A stretch of DNA of 63,435 bases, counting the filler, from Octopus bimaculoides (lineage: Eukaryota), in assembly GCF_001194135.2 (NCBI RefSeq). It is 5 parts of 5 records of this genome, joined end to end, with 100 filler letters (N's around TTAATTAATTAA, not from the genome) between each part and the next. Parts side by side here need not be neighbours in the genome. Positions count along the whole stretch, not along the records: positions 52,760 to 60,581 come from NC_069007.1; positions 60,682 to 63,435 come from NC_068983.1; 3 more parts are not named here. One strand, written 5' to 3'. Below the pieces are notes generated by a model, which saw nothing but the letters and a program-made list of their open reading frames with translations, did not search any database and was not told where the DNA came from. This document shows positions 59,203 through 63,435 of this stretch, one piece after another. Position 1 is the first letter of the stretch, and the number at the start of each line of letters is the position of its first letter. The position numbers and the translations under genes are program-made.

Positions 59203-60530
59203 GGGAGGGAGGAGAACGGGAGGGAGGGAGGAGAACGGGAGGGAGAGAGGAGAACGGGAGGGAGGGAGGAGAACGGGAGGGAGAAATTGAAAGAGTGAGA
59301 GAGAGAGGACGACAGGAAGAAGGAAGGTGGAGAGAGATGTGATATGGTGAGAGAGAGTAAGAGGGGGGTTGAGATAGTGAGAGAAAGAGAGATAATGTTA
59401 GTGAGAGCTAGGCAGAGGTATAGGCGGAGGGAAAAAGAACGACGGAGAGAAAGGAATACAGAGGGGGTGGGAAATCATATGTAAATAGAGAGAGTGAGCA
59501 GGGAGAAGACAAAGAGGACGACAGAGTCGACAAAGGAAGATAAAGAGAAAGGAGAAAGAGAGGTATTGTAGTGAGAGACAGAGAGGGGGGATGACTTAGT
59601 GGAAGACAGGGAGAGGGGATGATGGATTGAGAGAAAAGGAGAGAGAATGAGGAAATTGTAAGAGAAAGGTAGAGCGGTATGAGAGAGAAAGTGAGAGAAG
59701 GTGAAAGACAAGAAGAGTAGGGGTAGGAGTAAGAGTCAAGAGAATATCAGAGAGAGTGAGTTAGAGAATAAAGAGAGTATGTTTGTGCTGATGGGGAGGA
59801 TGGAAGGAAGAAAACAGTATGATGGTGGGAGAAATAGAGGACCGGGGATAAGGAAGAGGGGTAGAGAGAGAAGGAGTGTCGTCAGTGATATCGAGAGAGG
59901 GGGAAAGAGTTTGTACATGAGTGAGAAGGGGGAGAGAGAAAGAGAGAGACAATAGGTGACAAAAGACAGGCGAATGAAGTAAGAGATATTATATGACAGA
60001 GAGAAAGATATAAGAGAGAAAGAGAGGTAATGACAGTTAATAAGAAGGGAGGAAGACGGTAAGAGGATAAAGAGGAGAAGTATGAGGAATAAAGATAGAT
60101 AGAGAGAGAGAGAGAGATACAAAGAAAGACAGAAGCAGAGATAAGGAGAGAGGCCGTGACAATTAACGAGAGGGGCAGAAAAAGACACAGCAGACGACAG
60201 AAAGACAAAAGGAATAGAGAAAGACAGGGAGAGGAGGGGCAGAGAGAAAGAATATGACAGAAAGAGAAAGAGAAAGAGAGACAATACGAAAGGAAGGAAG
60301 GAAGTAGGTGATGAAAGGGGCGAATGTCAACGAGAGGGTGAAAGAGGGAGGTGATGTAAATGAAGGATAGAAAGAAAGAGTGGAGGGGGAGAGACGGAGT
60401 TTGCAAATGACTGAGCGAAAGAGAGGATAATGTGAGGGATGAAAAAGAGGGAGAGAGGGAGAGAAAGGAGAGAGGGAGGGGGTAAAATGAGTGAAGGATA
60501 GAAAGAGAGAGAAAGAGACAAACAGAGATA
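59203..60530. repeat. ~1.3-kb purine-rich (+ strand) low-complexity tract starting with a 19-bp G-rich minisatellite (59203-59284)
   Basis: Unit GGAGGGAGGGAGGAGAACG repeats about 4 times next to a gap. Downstream sequence is overwhelmingly A/G. Confidence 0.85.
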
Positions 60531-60541
60531 ATTACTGTGAA

Positions 60542-60581
<40 letters not shown>

Positions 60582-60681
60582 NNNNNNNNNNNNNNNNNNN
60601 NNNNNNNNNNNNNNNNNNNNNNNNNTTAATTAATTAANNNNNNNNNNNNNNNNNNNNNNNNNNNNNNNNNNNNNNNNNNNN

Positions 60682-60961
60682 ACTCCACAGACACGTGTAC
60701 CCTTAATGTAGTTCTCGGGGATATTCAGCGTGACACAGAGTGACAAGGCTGACCCTTGGAATTACAGGCACAACAGAAACAGGAAGTAAGAGTGAGAGAA
60801 AGTTGTGGTGAAAGAGTACAGCAGGGTTCGCCACCATCCCCTGCCGGAGCCTCGTGGAGCTTTAGGTGTTTTTCGCTCAATAAACACTCACAACGCCCGG
60901 TCTGGGAATCGAAACCGCGATCCTATGACCGCGAGTCCGCTGCCCTAGCCACTGGGCCTCC
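60682..60961 (-). mobile_element. Family-C SINE, 3' end lost in a scaffold join
   Basis: Near-identical to other C copies, with a small deletion at the head. Confidence 0.92.
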
Positions 60962-61542
60962 ACACAAAAAAAAGGTAGTAATATACTATTGTTGCTTTTA
61001 ACCCTAGACCAGTCCTGATCAGATCTTTGATTAAAGAAGTTGCAATCACGACCGTCCCATTTTTTTCTCATACATAGCTTCTGTAGGACTACAACATCCA
61101 ATGGGCCATACACATTTCTAGCAAACTGAACGACAAAGGCCACCCTTGTTAGTATCACATACTGTACATTCTAGTTATTGCTTTTATATACTCATGGCAG
61201 CCCTGAATGAGCAGGTCTTTCCAACCGTAATCATTTCGTCCTATTTTTCCGTTTTCACTACATTATACATTATATCCTTCCATTTTTTAGGACACTAGGT
61301 GCGAACTGAGGCAGAATTAACTGCGATTCCTACAAATTTCTTCATTGATTCATGTATACATTCTAAAAACGATTGCTGTCCTTGTTTAACCTCAGGTCAA
61401 TCCACTTTATTTATTTATTTATTTATTTTTACAATGTCTAAGACAAAATATATCAAGTGCTCTTTTATTCAAAGCAATAGTGTATGATTTCAAAGAATTT
61501 AGCTATTATTTTTAACAAGTTTTTGCGATCTGATAGATGGAT

Positions 61543-61585
<43 letters not shown>

Positions 61586-62256
61586 GAGAGAGAAAGAGAG
61601 AGAGAGAGATAGCAAGAGAGAGAGAGAGAAATTAAGAGAGAAAGATAGAGAAGAGACGTTCCCTTCTCTGTAGTCCTTATAGTGGCAGAATGTGCAGTCA
61701 TGTGTATTAATATATACAGTACTGTATATAATGTAGTAAACTGTGGTTGTGTATAGAACTGCAAATACTGTGTAATTTAGTAATTGAATGTACTGTGCAA
61801 GATGGGGATAAGACAGTGCGGTGGGAGAGCTGAGTGTAAATTCTGTTCAGTACAAATGTAATGTGGTAATATATAGGGGAACTACTGTGTATTAACCTTC
61901 AAAAGAAATCATACAGAAGCGACTATATCTTCCGCCTCACTGATATACGAGTGTAAAGGGTAGAGAAGGGGGTGGACAACCTCATAACCAGACAGATACA
62001 TGCCATATGTGTGAGGGTTAGGGATGGATGGGTTATCCCACTCTAACTCTATATATGAAATTGAAGACAAGTAGGGTTAGGTGGCCACCCTGTTACCAGA
62101 CATAAATATATAGAGACAAAGACACACACGCACACGCACACAGACGCGCGCGCATATGTGAGCGTGTGAATAAGTGTGTGCATTAATGTATATGAATATG
62201 TAATACACAAACATACATACATAGATACATACACACGCATACGTATACAAATACTC

Positions 62257-62290
<34 letters not shown>

Positions 62291-62844
62291 GTATTTGTAT
62301 GTAATGTCTATGCATATGTAGGTATATGTGTTAGTGTGTCTGTGTGCGTACATATATGCATATATCCGAACTACGAAAGGTACCTATAACGAGTAAAGAT
62401 GGATGATGACTTTAACCTTAACAGGACACTCACTGATGTTTCGTTGACCCTGACATTAAGACATTTAGATGCGCAGAAAGATAAGTTTCATTATGAGTTT
62501 GATAAGCTTTTTTTTTTTGAAAAAAAAAAACAAAAAACAAAAAAACAACAAGAAACAAGTAATTAGGGTAAAGATCAAAATCAACGAACGTCTCCCTGAC
62601 AGAATCATTTGAGCACCAGAAGAACTCTGTGACAAACCCGCCAGCGACATTTAGTAAACGACCCTTTATCTTGTAAATTCAAATCACACCGCGATCTGTT
62701 TTGTCCTTCCATAGTCGACGATGTCTCAACTACAAGAATTTGCTTAATATTACTCTATGAGTGGGCGCCTGGCAAAATGCTTTGCAATATTTCTTCTGAC
62801 ACTTTATAATCAGAGTTCAAATCTCGCTGATGAAGTCAATTTAG

Positions 62845-63056
62845 GGCGGTGAGCTGGCAAAATCGTTAGTTCGCCGAGCAAAATGCTAAGCGGCATTTCG
62901 TCCACCTTTACGTTCTGAGTTCAAATTCTGCCAAGGTCGACTTTACCGTTCATTCTTTTGGGGTTGATAAAATAAGTACCAGCTGAACACTGGGCTGATG
63001 TTGTCGACTTAACCTCCTCCCTCGAAGTTGCTCGTTTTGTGCCAAAATTTGAAACA
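62845..63056 (+). mobile_element. Family-A2 SINE, preceded by an older degenerate A head (about 62760-62840)
   Basis: GGCGGTGAGCTGGCAAAATCGTTAG...GAGTTCAAATTC...GTGCCAAAATTTGAAAC. Confidence 0.9.
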
Positions 63057-63360
63057 AATATTGCTATATAAATATGTGGACGGTAAACTGAAACAGGTTA
63101 GAAATAACAGTCAAAAATCTCCACAAATCACACAAGTGTTCTTCTAAACAGGGAGCAGATATTGGGCAAGCAGACTTAAGACCGAAAGCCATTATAATGA
63201 GGGTCAGTCCATCTTTCTCTCAGACATAGTGTATATGGGGCAACAGACATTGAATGTGTCCTGTCATTTATTTTTGTAAGATAATAGGAATCGATTTGAG
63301 GGCGAATTTCTAACAGTTCAAGCGACCATGTTAACAATAGATCGTTGTGCATACATACAT

Positions 63361-63435
<75 letters not shown>

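Noticed and set aside
61960-62085. TTAGGG-like words suggesting an interstitial telomere (also near 47275)
   Set aside because: These are only isolated one or two units, which is expected by chance.

Overview
Eukaryotic, AT-rich, microsatellite-saturated DNA with many N gaps. The SINE families and repeat landscape point to an octopus (coleoid cephalopod) draft assembly; this is inference, not a database match. I find no intact host protein-coding gene. Most ORFs in the track are translations of microsatellites or gaps. The window holds: (i) dozens of tRNA-derived SINE copies from at least four families, labelled A-D here, including a head-to-tail array at 37.7-38.9 kb; (ii) four fragments of R4/Dong-type restriction-like-endonuclease (REL) LINEs, the best being a ~1.2 kb RT-containing stretch with one stop; (iii) two decayed Penelope-like elements (RT + GIY-YIG) with hammerhead-ribozyme-like relics; (iv) mariner, hAT and Helitron transposase relics, a hAT MITE, and a 175-bp solo LTR with a 5-bp TSD; (v) several long inverted repeats that could form dsRNA. 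Four identical 44N-TTAATTAATTAA-44N cassettes are artificial scaffold joins. I cannot support a wholly new biological system. The best leads are the SINE tail-targeting array, the hammerhead-like motifs, the small solo LTR and the fold-back repeats. All alignments were done by eye, so edges are approximate unless a TSD or TIR is quoted.
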